Shown: positions 18,340-27,801 of the stretch, piece by piece
Numbering within the stretch: the first letter of the stretch is position 1
Layout: every line of letters starts with the position of its first letter
Assembly: GCA_048885865.1 (NCBI GenBank)
Contig: JBHLLF010000004.1
Span: forward strand, 32,001-96,000
Direction: 5' to 3'
Length of the DNA: 64,000 bases
From: Candidatus Hermodarchaeota archaeon
Lineage (GTDB): Archaea > Asgardarchaeota > Thorarchaeia > Thorarchaeales > Thorarchaeaceae
Notes under the pieces: generated by a model
Seen by the model: the letters and a program-made list of their open reading frames with translations, nothing else
What the model was told of the DNA's origin: nothing
The model's database searches: none
Translations under genes and position numbers: made by a program

Positions 18340-18903
18340 ATGTCTTCAAGCTATGTATACGAGAAACGAATCGAAATACCCAGTGAATGTCAGGTCTCTC
18401 TCGAAGGAAGGACTGCTACCGTCACAGGTCCAAAAGGTTCTCTGACCCGGTTATTTCCTAATCCGCAGGCTGATATCAGGATGGATGGCAATGAAATAGT
18501 AGCTTCAACATCTATTAGCCGCAAGAGAACCAAGGCTCTTGTCGGCACAACAATTGCACATATTCGCAACATGCTCATCGGAGTTCAATATGGATATGTA
18601 TACGAGATGAAGATTGTCTATAGTCACTTTCCAATGTCTGTTGAGATTCAGGGAAATCAAGTGCTAATCAAGAACTTCATTGGAGAAAGAGGCATTCGTC
18701 GAGCAAGACTGATTGGAGATGTTGAAGTAAAGACCACAGAAGACGAGGTCATCATTAGTGGTATCGACATTGAAGCTGTTTCTCAGAGTGCGGCAAACAT
18801 TCAGTTGGCGACTAAGATCCGAAACAAGGACAGACGCGTGTTCCTTGATGGTATCTATGTCATTAGGAAGAAGAAGGGCGAGGTTGTAAAGTCGATTGTC
18901 TAA
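18340..18903 (+). CDS. rpl6: 50S ribosomal protein uL6
   Basis: VTGPKGSL, YSHFPM, NFIGE, DRRVFLDGIY. Confidence 0.97.
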   Translation: MSSSYVYEKRIEIPSECQVSLEGRTATVTGPKGSLTRLFPNPQADIRMDGNEIVASTSISRKRTKALVGTTIAHIRNMLIGVQYGYVYEMKIVYSHFPMSVEIQGNQVLIKNFIGERGIRRARLIGDVEVKTTEDEVIISGIDIEAVSQSAANIQLATKIRNKDRRVFLDGIYVIRKKKGEVVKSIV

Positions 18904-18916
18904 GGAGGATCAAATC

Positions 18917-19732
18917 ATGTCGAAGAAACCTACACTCACTGATGTACCCGGACTGGGTCCAAAGATGGAGGAGAAGTTGAGAGAAGCAGGAGTCAAGACA
19001 GTCGCTAAGCTATCCAAGTCTGTGCCAGAGAAATTGGCAGCGAAGGTAGATGGACTCAGTGAATCTGGAGCTGACAAACTTATCAAATCTGCACAGAAGT
19101 TGGTTTCTCCACCCTCAAAGAAACCCAAGGCTGAGAAGCCAAAGAAGGAACCCAAAAAGCCCGTAGCTGAGCCCAAGCCAAAGAAAGTGAAGAAAAAGAA
19201 GAAGGCTGAGGAAGAGATCAAACCAAAGAAACCCGCGAAAAAGAAGGCTAAGCCAAAGAAGAGCAAGGAACCGAAAAGGGTTCTTCCTAGGGATGCGCTC
19301 ATAGACCAGCGGCTGCTAAGAATCGCCAAGGAGAAGCGGAAGAAACAGCCAAAGTTCAGGCATGAGCAAGCTCATCGTTGGACACGAATCAGCGACTCAT
19401 GGCGAAAAGTGAGAGGAATCGATAGCGCAACCAGAGAGAAACGCAAAGGTCGTATCGCAATGGTTTCTGCAGGATACCGAAAGCCAAAAGCTGTCAGAGG
19501 TTTGCATCCTTCAAGATTCATTGAGGTCTATGTTCATAGACCCACAGATATTGAGGGACTGGACCCGGAAATTCATGCAATACGTATCGGATCCACAGTT
19601 GGGCTCAGGAAGCGTCAAGAAATCATCAAGAAAGCTGATGCCATGGCTCTCAGAGTTCTGAACCCAGGAGCACCGGAGAGTATTGGCGAAGAGGATCTCT
19701 TTACAGACCTCGATGACTTGGAGTTGGACTGA
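18917..19732 (+). CDS. rpl32e: 50S ribosomal protein eL32 with N-terminal helix-hairpin-helix domain and Lys/Pro-rich linker
   Basis: LTDVPGLGP.MEEKL HhH; KQPKFRH...WRKVRGIDS...GY..PKAVRGLHPS eL32 core; GGAGG RBS before ATG 18917. Confidence 0.95.
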   Translation: MSKKPTLTDVPGLGPKMEEKLREAGVKTVAKLSKSVPEKLAAKVDGLSESGADKLIKSAQKLVSPPSKKPKAEKPKKEPKKPVAEPKPKKVKKKKKAEEEIKPKKPAKKKAKPKKSKEPKRVLPRDALIDQRLLRIAKEKRKKQPKFRHEQAHRWTRISDSWRKVRGIDSATREKRKGRIAMVSAGYRKPKAVRGLHPSRFIEVYVHRPTDIEGLDPEIHAIRIGSTVGLRKRQEIIKKADAMALRVLNPGAPESIGEEDLFTDLDDLELD

Positions 19733-19734
19733 AT

Positions 19735-20187
19735 ATGAAACTCGCTACACAGAAGAGACTTGCTGCTGAAGTCATGAAGGTTGGAGTGTCAAGGGTCTGG
19801 ATAGACCCGGAGTTCGAGGACGAGGTCTCTCTAGCTATCACTAGAAATGATATCCGGCGATTGGTGGATGAAGGAGCTATTCAAAGTAAACAGAAGATTG
19901 GAGTAAGCAGAGGAAGAGCTCGTCACATTCTTCGTCAGAAGCGCAAGGGCCAAAGAAAAGGGCCAGGAAAGCGAAAAGGCAAACATACCTCGAAGCTGTC
20001 CAGCAAGGACCGCTGGATGATGAAGATACGCCCTATGCGAAAGGAGCTAAAGAAGCTAAGGGATGAGGGAAAAATCACAAGGAGAGTCTATCGTGATTTA
20101 TACCTCAAAGCAAAAGGTAACGCGTTCAGGAACACTGCACACCTACGTACCTATATTGCTGATCACAAGTTGGGGGCGAAGAAATAA
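19735..20187 (+). CDS. rpl19e: 50S ribosomal protein eL19
   Basis: QKRLAAEVMKVGVSRVWIDP, GPGKRKG, LYLKAKGNAF. Confidence 0.97.
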   Translation: MKLATQKRLAAEVMKVGVSRVWIDPEFEDEVSLAITRNDIRRLVDEGAIQSKQKIGVSRGRARHILRQKRKGQRKGPGKRKGKHTSKLSSKDRWMMKIRPMRKELKKLRDEGKITRRVYRDLYLKAKGNAFRNTAHLRTYIADHKLGAKK

Positions 20188-20951
20188 TGGCGCATGGTCC
20201 AACATACAAGGTCAAGTTTAGACGCCGCAGAGAAGGAAAGACAAACTATTACAGAAGAAGAAGGCTCCTGCAGTCCAGGGGATCACGCCTTGTAGTCAGA
20301 AAGACAAACAACCGCGTAATCGTTCAGGTGATAGATGCGAAGGTAGTCGGAGACAATACCATAGCCTCTGCAATATCTACTGAGCTAGGAGGATTTGGCT
20401 GGTCTGCGGGAGTAGCGAATCTGCCTGCAGCTTATCTGACTGGATTCCTTGCAGGACTCAGAGCAAAGGCACGCGGCATTGACAAGGCGATTATGGATGT
20501 CGGATTACATCCACCTATTCGTGGCTCAAAGCTATATGCGGCCTTGAAAGGTGCAGTAGATGCAGGCCTGGAAGTGCCACACGATCCTGAAGTGCTTCCA
20601 GACGAGTCTAGGACATCCGGAGAACACATTATTCAAGCCTATCAATACGTGACTGAGAAGAAGAAGGATAGCTATCACTTCAGTATTGTGGGTAAAAAGA
20701 AGACAAGCATCACTACAATACCAAAGCAGTTTGATACGGCTAAGAATGCAATGCTAGAGATACCTAAGGAGAATCTCAAAAAGAAGAAGAAAAAGCCTGC
20801 AGCAAAGAAGGCCGCACCGAAGAAACCAGCAGCCAAGAAGGAGAAGAAGAAACCTGCTGAAAAGGCACCTCGTGCGGTACCTAGAAAGCCGAAACCCAAG
20901 AAGCTCGTGTCAAGAGGCAGGGGCAAGAAGAAGGGGAAGCGAAAGAAGTAG
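20187..20951 (+). CDS. rpl18: 50S ribosomal protein uL18 with Lys/Ala/Pro-rich C-terminal tail
   Basis: FRRRREGKTNY, RLVVRKTN, NLPAAYLTG, GAVDAGL. Confidence 0.97.
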   Translation: MAHGPTYKVKFRRRREGKTNYYRRRRLLQSRGSRLVVRKTNNRVIVQVIDAKVVGDNTIASAISTELGGFGWSAGVANLPAAYLTGFLAGLRAKARGIDKAIMDVGLHPPIRGSKLYAALKGAVDAGLEVPHDPEVLPDESRTSGEHIIQAYQYVTEKKKDSYHFSIVGKKKTSITTIPKQFDTAKNAMLEIPKENLKKKKKKPAAKKAAPKKPAAKKEKKKPAEKAPRAVPRKPKPKKLVSRGRGKKKGKRKK

Positions 20952-20961
20952 GAGATGAAAG

Positions 20962-21651
20962 GTGATGAGTAGTAGTCGAAGAAGAAATCGAAGGCCTCCA
21001 CGAAGACAAGAGGTCAATCCCCTTGATGATTGGGTTCCTAAGACCGCCTTAGGAAATCTAGTCAAAGAAGGCCACATCAATAGCATAGAGGAGGTTTTCC
21101 TGAACAACTACATCATCCGTGAACCGGAGATTGTCGACATGTTGATTCCAGACCTCCGTCAAGAAGTTGTTGATGTCTCAATGGTCCAGAGACAATCAGA
21201 TAGCGGTCAGCAGAAGAGCTTTAGAATCACCGTAGTCGTAGGGAACGGCGAGGGAGTCATTGGCATTGGAATAGGTAAGGCTGCGGAATTCGTTCCAGCA
21301 GTTCGTGCGGCAGAAGCTAGGGCAAAACTGAATGCAACAATCTTCCGTAGAGGTTGTGGCTCCTGGGAATGCAGGTGTCACGATCCTCACAGCATCCCCT
21401 TCCAGACAAAAGGCGAGTCTGGCTCTGTCAGCGTGACTCTCAGACCTGCACCCAAAGGAACGGGTCTTGTGACGGCAGATGTCGGCAAGATGGTTCTCAG
21501 AATTGCCGGGCTAAAGGATGTTTGGTCAATCACAAAGGGGCGAACAAGGACAGCATCAAACTTTGCAAAGGCGTACGTTGATGCCCTTACAGAAACCTAC
21601 AGAATGCTACCTCCTCAGGAGTGGGCAGCATCAGGAGTGGCTGAAGAATGA
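20962..21651 (+). CDS. rps5: 30S ribosomal protein uS5
   Basis: WVPKTALG, RRGCGSWEC, LRPAPKGTGL. Confidence 0.97.
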   Translation: MMSSSRRRNRRPPRRQEVNPLDDWVPKTALGNLVKEGHINSIEEVFLNNYIIREPEIVDMLIPDLRQEVVDVSMVQRQSDSGQQKSFRITVVVGNGEGVIGIGIGKAAEFVPAVRAAEARAKLNATIFRRGCGSWECRCHDPHSIPFQTKGESGSVSVTLRPAPKGTGLVTADVGKMVLRIAGLKDVWSITKGRTRTASNFAKAYVDALTETYRMLPPQEWAASGVAEE

Positions 21652-22130
21652 GTTCAGAAGAGAAGGTCATTCTAGCGATACGGGTGAGAGGACAAGTCAG
21701 AGTACGACCTCAAATAGAAGACACTCTAGACAAGCTCCTGCTTGGTAGACTGCACCAGGCTAGAGTGTTGAAACTCACGCCAAGCTTGCAAGGAATGATA
21801 ACGAAGGCAAAAGACTACATCACGTGGGGTGAGATTGACGAGGAAACCATCTTGTCCCTTCTCACGAAACGCGGCCGTCTGCCTGGAAACAAAAGGCTTA
21901 GTGAGGAATATCTAAGAAAGAACTCGAGCTACCGCACATTCAAATCACTTGCCAAGGCCATAGTTGAAGGAAAGGCAAGTATGAGCGATGTTGAGGGGCT
22001 AAAACCTGTGTTTAGACTCACTCCGCCCCGCAAGGGCTTCAAGGGAAAGAAGAATCTCCCAGTTGGAATGGGTGGAATAACTGGATATCGTGGTGCTGAA
22101 ATAAATCAGCTCGCTAGTAAGATGATCTGA
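21648..22130 (+). CDS. rpl30: 50S ribosomal protein uL30
   Basis: AIRVRG, DYITWGE, FRLTPPRKGF, GYRGAEIN. Confidence 0.97.
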   Translation: MSSEEKVILAIRVRGQVRVRPQIEDTLDKLLLGRLHQARVLKLTPSLQGMITKAKDYITWGEIDEETILSLLTKRGRLPGNKRLSEEYLRKNSSYRTFKSLAKAIVEGKASMSDVEGLKPVFRLTPPRKGFKGKKNLPVGMGGITGYRGAEINQLASKMI

Positions 22131-22131
22131 G

Positions 22132-22683
22132 GTGAAATGGTTGAGTTGGGATGATGACCCGTTTGATGAGGATCCTCGAAAGAAACTGAGGAAGTGGTTT
22201 GGAGAGTTCCTCCCTGAGGAGATATTCGATCAGATTGATGAGATGATGCGCCGAATGATGGAGGAGATGGACGGGGGAACCCTATTTGACATGGACTCCA
22301 TCGAGGAATTTATGAGAGAAAACCCAGAGGGCACCAATCCATTCACCTTTGGTTTCTCAATCCGTCCTGGTCCTGATGGAAGACCAATTATCCAGAGGTT
22401 TGGAAATGCGCCGGATCCAGACGGTCATGGAATGACGCCTCAGCTCGAGCCATTAGTGGACGTCATTGACGAGGATGGCGAAATCATTGTGGTAGCTGAG
22501 CTACCTGGAGTTGAAAAGGACCAACTGAAAGTTCGGGTCAAGGGCAAGACCTTGACGATTGACGTGGACAATCCACAGAGGCCATATCACAAGGAGATAA
22601 GCCTCCCGGCGAAAGTCCGTAAAGAAGAAGCAAAATCATCAATGAGGAACGGAGTCCTCGAAGTGCGACTGAAGAAGGATTAG
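22132..22683 (+). CDS. hsp20: Small heat-shock protein (archaeal Hsp20 family)
   Basis: FGFSIRPGPDGRPIIQRFGN, EPLVDV, VVAELPGVEK, NGVLEV alpha-crystallin motifs. Confidence 0.93.
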   Translation: MKWLSWDDDPFDEDPRKKLRKWFGEFLPEEIFDQIDEMMRRMMEEMDGGTLFDMDSIEEFMRENPEGTNPFTFGFSIRPGPDGRPIIQRFGNAPDPDGHGMTPQLEPLVDVIDEDGEIIVVAELPGVEKDQLKVRVKGKTLTIDVDNPQRPYHKEISLPAKVRKEEAKSSMRNGVLEVRLKKD

Positions 22684-22697
22684 CGGAGAGAATTGTC

Positions 22698-23147
22698 ATG
22701 CAGAAACGAAAAACCAAGAAGATTCACAAAATGCGCGGACGCCGAGCGGCTGGTTACGGCTTTAGTGCTGGTCATCGAGCTTCAGGTCAAAGAGGCGGCA
22801 AGGGCATGGCAGGCTCCAAGAAACATCATTACATCAAAGTAATGCAGGAGGATCCTCGTTACTTCGGGAAATGGGGGTTCAAGAGACCCCAGATGCTCAT
22901 CAAGGACATGGTAACCCTCAATATAGGCGATATAGATGAGGCCCTTGATAGGCTCGTTGAACGTGGAGGGGCCATAAAGAAAGGCCGCAAATACACCGTG
23001 GATCTCTCACTCCTCGGTATAGACAAAATACTGGGATCCGGCAAAGTGACTCGTGCAATTGATTTGGTTGGAGTGAAGGCAATCTCCGCTCGAGCTCGAG
23101 AAAAGATCGAGGCGAATGGTGGTTCTGTCGACCTGCCTATGGAGTAG
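22698..23147 (+). CDS. rpl15: 50S ribosomal protein uL15
   Basis: RGGKGMAGSKKH, FGKWGF, KILGSG, AREKIEANGG. Confidence 0.97.
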   Translation: MQKRKTKKIHKMRGRRAAGYGFSAGHRASGQRGGKGMAGSKKHHYIKVMQEDPRYFGKWGFKRPQMLIKDMVTLNIGDIDEALDRLVERGGAIKKGRKYTVDLSLLGIDKILGSGKVTRAIDLVGVKAISARAREKIEANGGSVDLPME

Positions 23148-23169
23148 CACGATTCAATCTCTCAGACCT

Positions 23170-23418
23170 TTATCGAGCAAGATTCCGTATCTGTAATCCA
23201 ACGTACAGAAGTGAAAGGCAAACCGCTACCAGTCCAAAAGCCACAGAAGTGGCTAGTGCAGCATCGGGATTGTTTGTGCTGATATAACCAAAATATCCAA
23301 CAATGCATACAAGTGCAGAAACTAGGGCCATTGCTAGAAAGAGTCCCACTTCATCAACATCTTTATCCGGGCCAGATGCCATACGCTCAGAAATTGGTTC
23401 TTCTCTATCGGAACTCAT
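23170..23418 (-). CDS. Small two-TM membrane protein, antisense between rpl15 and secY
   Basis: Two hydrophobic helices; GGGAGG RBS before ATG 23418. Confidence 0.55.
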   Translation of the reverse strand: MSSDREEPISERMASGPDKDVDEVGLFLAMALVSALVCIVGYFGYISTNNPDAALATSVAFGLVAVCLSLLYVGLQIRNLAR

Positions 23419-23555
23419 GAACCTCCCCAACAAGACCATTCGAAATTGGGAAAATAAATGATTCTGACAGCCTGAAATGCCGCATACAAGCAAGACCCTA
23501 AGCTTTAAGTGGTGACCTCTAACTTTCGGTCGAAAAACCTGCAGGAGACGAAAAC

Positions 23556-25067
23556 TTGACGTCTACATTCCTAAGGGCATTATCACCTTTTGTCCGGATA
23601 ATGCCAGAAGTGAAGACTCCAGATCGAGAGGTATCGTTCAGAGAGAAGGCTGTCTGGACCATCGTAATCCTGATACTCTTCCTTCTAATGAGCCACATTC
23701 CTCTCTACGGAGTGGACAAGACAGTTGGAACTGACTATCTATGGGCACTGCGAGTCATCCTCGCAAGCACACGTGGTACCCTGATGGAGTTAGGAATTGG
23801 ACCGATTGTCACTGCAGGACTGGTGATGCAGCTGCTCTCAGGGTCAAAAATCATCGATGTTGACTTTGGAGATCCTGATGACAGAGCCCTATTCACTGGT
23901 GGTCAGAAAGTCCTAGCTATGTTCATGACTGCGTTTCAGGCAATTGCCTACATTGTCGGTAACGCATATGGTGAACTAGCTCCTGAGGCTTCAGTGATTG
24001 TATTCATGCAGCTGTTCGTTGCAGGAATCGTTGTCATCCTCATGGACGAACTCGTCCAGAAGGGGTGGGGGCTTGGCTCTGGTGTGTCACTGTTCATCAT
24101 GACCAATGTTGCAGGCCAAGTGATGTTCAATGCATTGAACTTCATTGACGTCGAGTCCGTTGGACCAGATCCTCTTTCACCAGTGGGCACTAATCTGCCA
24201 AAAGGTATCATCGCAGCACTGATTGGGAATCTGCTGAGATGGATAGGCATCGGTAGAGACGCTGGTGACCCTGTCGGATGGGACTGGCTAATGTTCAGGG
24301 ATGGACTCACGCCAAGCATATTCACCCTTATCATTACAGTAGTCATCATGTTGGCTGTCATCTGGATGGAAACTGTCAGAGTTGAGATACCACTCCAGTA
24401 TGCCAAGTATAGAGGCATGAAAGCGAGATATCCCATCAAGTTGCTCTATACTTCGAATATTCCAGTCATTCTGGCTCAAGCATTGTTTGCGAACATTCTG
24501 TTCTTCGGACAGATCATCTTCACGAATTTCAATTCGAATGGAACTAACCCGTTCCTGAACCTCATTGGCACATTTAGTCAAGATCCAAATAGTGCTAGAA
24601 TGATAGCGGAATTTGGGCTGAGTCGCTATGTGACGCCTCCTCAAGGACTGTTCGCACTATTTGGTCCAGATGCGCCGCCGGATGGATTGCTGCATGTCGC
24701 GATCTATTCCTTCCTGATGATCCTCCTTTGTTGGGGCTTCTCCAAGATATGGGTGGACATCTCAGGAATTGCCCCTCGCGATGTTTCTCGACAGCTCCTA
24801 AACTCGGGCTACATCGTACCCGGCTTCAGGAGAAGTGAGAAGGTCTTGGAGAGACTGCTTGAGCGCTACATTCCAATTGTAGCCAGTTTGGGCGGGTTCC
24901 TTGTAGGAGTCCTCGCAGCAGCTGCAGATGTTATGGGTGCACTGGCAAGCGGGACTGGAATCCTGCTAATGGTATCAATCATAAAACAGTACTATGAGCA
25001 GATAGCCAAGGAGCAATTGGCCCAAATGGGCGGTGAAGGAATCCAGGGATTGCTTGGAATCATTTGA
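23556..25067 (+). CDS. secY: Preprotein translocase SecY/Sec61alpha
   Basis: RGTLMELGIGPIVTAG, DELVQKGWGLGSGVSLFI, YPIKLLYTSNIPVIL, SGTGILL. Confidence 0.98.
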   Translation: MTSTFLRALSPFVRIMPEVKTPDREVSFREKAVWTIVILILFLLMSHIPLYGVDKTVGTDYLWALRVILASTRGTLMELGIGPIVTAGLVMQLLSGSKIIDVDFGDPDDRALFTGGQKVLAMFMTAFQAIAYIVGNAYGELAPEASVIVFMQLFVAGIVVILMDELVQKGWGLGSGVSLFIMTNVAGQVMFNALNFIDVESVGPDPLSPVGTNLPKGIIAALIGNLLRWIGIGRDAGDPVGWDWLMFRDGLTPSIFTLIITVVIMLAVIWMETVRVEIPLQYAKYRGMKARYPIKLLYTSNIPVILAQALFANILFFGQIIFTNFNSNGTNPFLNLIGTFSQDPNSARMIAEFGLSRYVTPPQGLFALFGPDAPPDGLLHVAIYSFLMILLCWGFSKIWVDISGIAPRDVSRQLLNSGYIVPGFRRSEKVLERLLERYIPIVASLGGFLVGVLAAAADVMGALASGTGILLMVSIIKQYYEQIAKEQLAQMGGEGIQGLLGII

Positions 25068-25100
25068 GGGCTGGCACATTCAGCCCTCATTCTTCTTTAT
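25065..25100 (+). terminator. Hairpin plus pyrimidine tract after secY
   Basis: TGAGGGCTG (25065-73) / CAGCCCTCA (25081-89) perfect 9-bp stem followed by TTCTTCTTTA. Confidence 0.65.
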
Positions 25101-25250
25101 GGTCTTCCCAGTCTGAGTCAACAAGAGAAACATGGGAAAGCGCTGCGATGCCAAGGAGTATAGCACAAGAATCTATTTCTTAATGGACTGCCGCAACACC
25201 CTCTTGCTCTCGGCCTCATCAGAAGCAAACATTCCCGAGGCTTAAGAGGT

Positions 25251-26546
25251 GTGGAAACATTGGAAGTTTCATTTTCAGCAAAACGACTTCGCCAATCTGC
25301 AACACTGGCGATTAATGAACTCATAACCACCCTCCGTGAACAGGGAGAACAAATCCTTCACCTAGGGTTCGGAGAGTCCCCATTTCCTGTTCATCAACTT
25401 GTTCGGAATGCGCTATGCGAGAACTCTTGGCGGCAGAAATATCTCTCCACGCAAGGGATTCTCCCCCTCCGAGAACAGGTTTCAGAATTCTATCAAGAGA
25501 TGTTCGACCTGAAGTACTCAGCTGCACAAATCATTGTTGGCCCAGGGAGCAAGCCATTGATGTTCGCCGCCTTGGCTGCTCTTGCTGGTAATCTTTTCCT
25601 ACCTGCACCCTCTTGGGTAAGTTATCAGCATATGGGCAAATATCTAGACCGCGAAATTCATCACATCACTACAAGTCTTGATGAGTCCTATCGCCTCACC
25701 CCTGAGGCGCTGTTGAAAGCTCTTGAAGAACAGAGTCCGATTTCATCAGAACAGAAAATCCTTGTCCTGAATTATCCATGCAATCCCACTGGACATAGCT
25801 TCTCTGCACAGCAGTTGAAAGCATTGGCCAGGGTGGCTCGAGAACACAACGTTATTGTCATATCGGATGAGATCTATGCTCTTACTCATTGTCGCGACCA
25901 AGAACACCATAGCATTGCTGAATACTATCCTGAGGGGACTATCATTACAGGAGGGCTCTCCAAAGACCGATCTCTTGGAGGCTATCGGCTTGGTGTTCTA
26001 CTGCTTCCCCAAGATGAGATGGATCTCTTGAGAAGTATCTTGGCTGTTGGGAGCGAGGTCTGGTCGAGTGTATCCGCGCCAATACAGTATGCTGGAATTG
26101 AAGCATACCGAACTGACACCGAATTGGTGGGCTATATCCAAGACTGTGCAATTATACATGAATTGGTTACAAGGCATGTCCATCGCAGAATCCAAGCAGG
26201 TGGTATTTCATGTCCTCAACCAGCAGGTGGTTTCTATCTGTTTCCTGATTGGAACAAACACAAAGATGTGCTCAGAGCGCGAGGGATAGAAACATCTCGT
26301 GAATTGGCGAATCATCTGCTCAAAACCAGACTAGTTTCTAGCTTGCCGGGTTCAGAGTTTGGTATGCCATCAGACCATCTAAGTTTACGCCTAGCCACTG
26401 TTGATTACGATGGACAGACTGCAATTGAATCCTTCACAAAAGACAGAGATACTGCATTAGAAGATCCGGATCGATTTGCTATTTCCATCGCGCCTAATCT
26501 GGTGATGGCCAGCGACCGATTAATCGAGTTTACAACCAATCTATGA
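25251..26546 (+). CDS. PLP-dependent class I/II aminotransferase (AspAT-like)
   Basis: SATLAINE, GPGSK, NYPCNPTG, ISDEIY, GGLSKDRSLGGYRLG (PLP Lys). Confidence 0.9.
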   Translation: METLEVSFSAKRLRQSATLAINELITTLREQGEQILHLGFGESPFPVHQLVRNALCENSWRQKYLSTQGILPLREQVSEFYQEMFDLKYSAAQIIVGPGSKPLMFAALAALAGNLFLPAPSWVSYQHMGKYLDREIHHITTSLDESYRLTPEALLKALEEQSPISSEQKILVLNYPCNPTGHSFSAQQLKALARVAREHNVIVISDEIYALTHCRDQEHHSIAEYYPEGTIITGGLSKDRSLGGYRLGVLLLPQDEMDLLRSILAVGSEVWSSVSAPIQYAGIEAYRTDTELVGYIQDCAIIHELVTRHVHRRIQAGGISCPQPAGGFYLFPDWNKHKDVLRARGIETSRELANHLLKTRLVSSLPGSEFGMPSDHLSLRLATVDYDGQTAIESFTKDRDTALEDPDRFAISIAPNLVMASDRLIEFTTNL

Positions 26547-26681
26547 ATCAACCATCATTGTAATCATTGATCATTTCAGCTGTTTCTCTTCCCGCAAGAT
26601 ATCTGTGGATTTCAGGCAAACCTAAAATGCATTGATGCAATCGGAAAAACGTCGAAATAGCTTGGTTTAGGGGTCGCATAG

Positions 26682-27725
26682 ATGAGTAACACAAACAGTA
26701 GGATACGCTACCTTTTGCCTGTATTCCTATTCCTTCTGGGCGCATGGTTCACATGGGATATGATAACTGAGGTCACCGATGTGGTCAGTCCCGTCGCTGT
26801 TTTGCCCGTCATGAGCACATTTTGGCGTGTTGATGTGACTTTCTTTCTCTTTATTGCCATCCCTATATACATACTCGAGTACGCCATTATAGCTGTACCA
26901 GCTGCAGGTCTATTGCTGCTATATGCTAGCATTATCAGGTCGACTTCATATGAGATGAACATCATGAACATTGGAACGGAATTTGGTGGAGTTCGTATGG
27001 TACGCAGAGCAGTGGCCCCAGCTCTTTTCAGCCTCAGCTCATCCAATTTCCTTATTGTTCCGATTAAAGAATGGCTATTTGGTCCCGATCCTGCAATTCC
27101 AGCAGGTATGGGTATTGCCTTCAACTTTGCCCTCTCTTTGATGGCTGGCCTACTATTCCTCCTAGTAGCTCTTCCACTGTTTATGCCTACGTGGGTTCTC
27201 AATGATGCAGGAATAGTCACCCATCTAAAGGACGACAAGTTGAACATTCGTCAGTGTCCCGACACTCAGGGGGTGGGGAGATGGGTTGGCAATGTGCTGG
27301 GCGGATTTGCGATAATTGCATATCCAATCTCTGCATTCCAGAACTACTTCTTGAATCCACTATTGGAAGACCCGCTTGTTTTCACAGATTTCGACAGTCT
27401 AGTCGTCAGCCTGTTCTGGACAGTTGGACTCCCATTCCTCGTCATGGCGTTCATCTTGCCAGTAATCGCTGCGAATGAGTTGAATCAGAAAAGACTTAGA
27501 CGCCAGATATCCGGAGTCGCAACAAAGATGGGGGCAACTGTAGTCCTGAAGCCACAAATCGAGAAGATAGACAGCGAGAAAGCATTGGCGGCCAGGAAGC
27601 GGGTGATAAAGAAGGAAGGCATTCTGGAAACGGAAGAGGTAGCCGAGATAATAACCTCTGCAAAAGGGATTAAGAAACCCAAGAAGAATGACAAGAGGAA
27701 GAAAAAGCCTGCTAAGAAGAAATAG
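26682..27725 (+). CDS. Multi-pass membrane protein with Lys-rich tail
   Basis: ~6 hydrophobic segments; C-terminal KKPKKNDKRKKKPAKKK. Confidence 0.75.
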   Translation: MSNTNSRIRYLLPVFLFLLGAWFTWDMITEVTDVVSPVAVLPVMSTFWRVDVTFFLFIAIPIYILEYAIIAVPAAGLLLLYASIIRSTSYEMNIMNIGTEFGGVRMVRRAVAPALFSLSSSNFLIVPIKEWLFGPDPAIPAGMGIAFNFALSLMAGLLFLLVALPLFMPTWVLNDAGIVTHLKDDKLNIRQCPDTQGVGRWVGNVLGGFAIIAYPISAFQNYFLNPLLEDPLVFTDFDSLVVSLFWTVGLPFLVMAFILPVIAANELNQKRLRRQISGVATKMGATVVLKPQIEKIDSEKALAARKRVIKKEGILETEEVAEIITSAKGIKKPKKNDKRKKKPAKKK

Positions 27726-27801
27726 TGCTTTTACAGAATCTATATAACGAGCACAGCAGGTCCACCAGCAAACTCAGTGCATGTCTGGATGGTTGGGTCC
27801 A

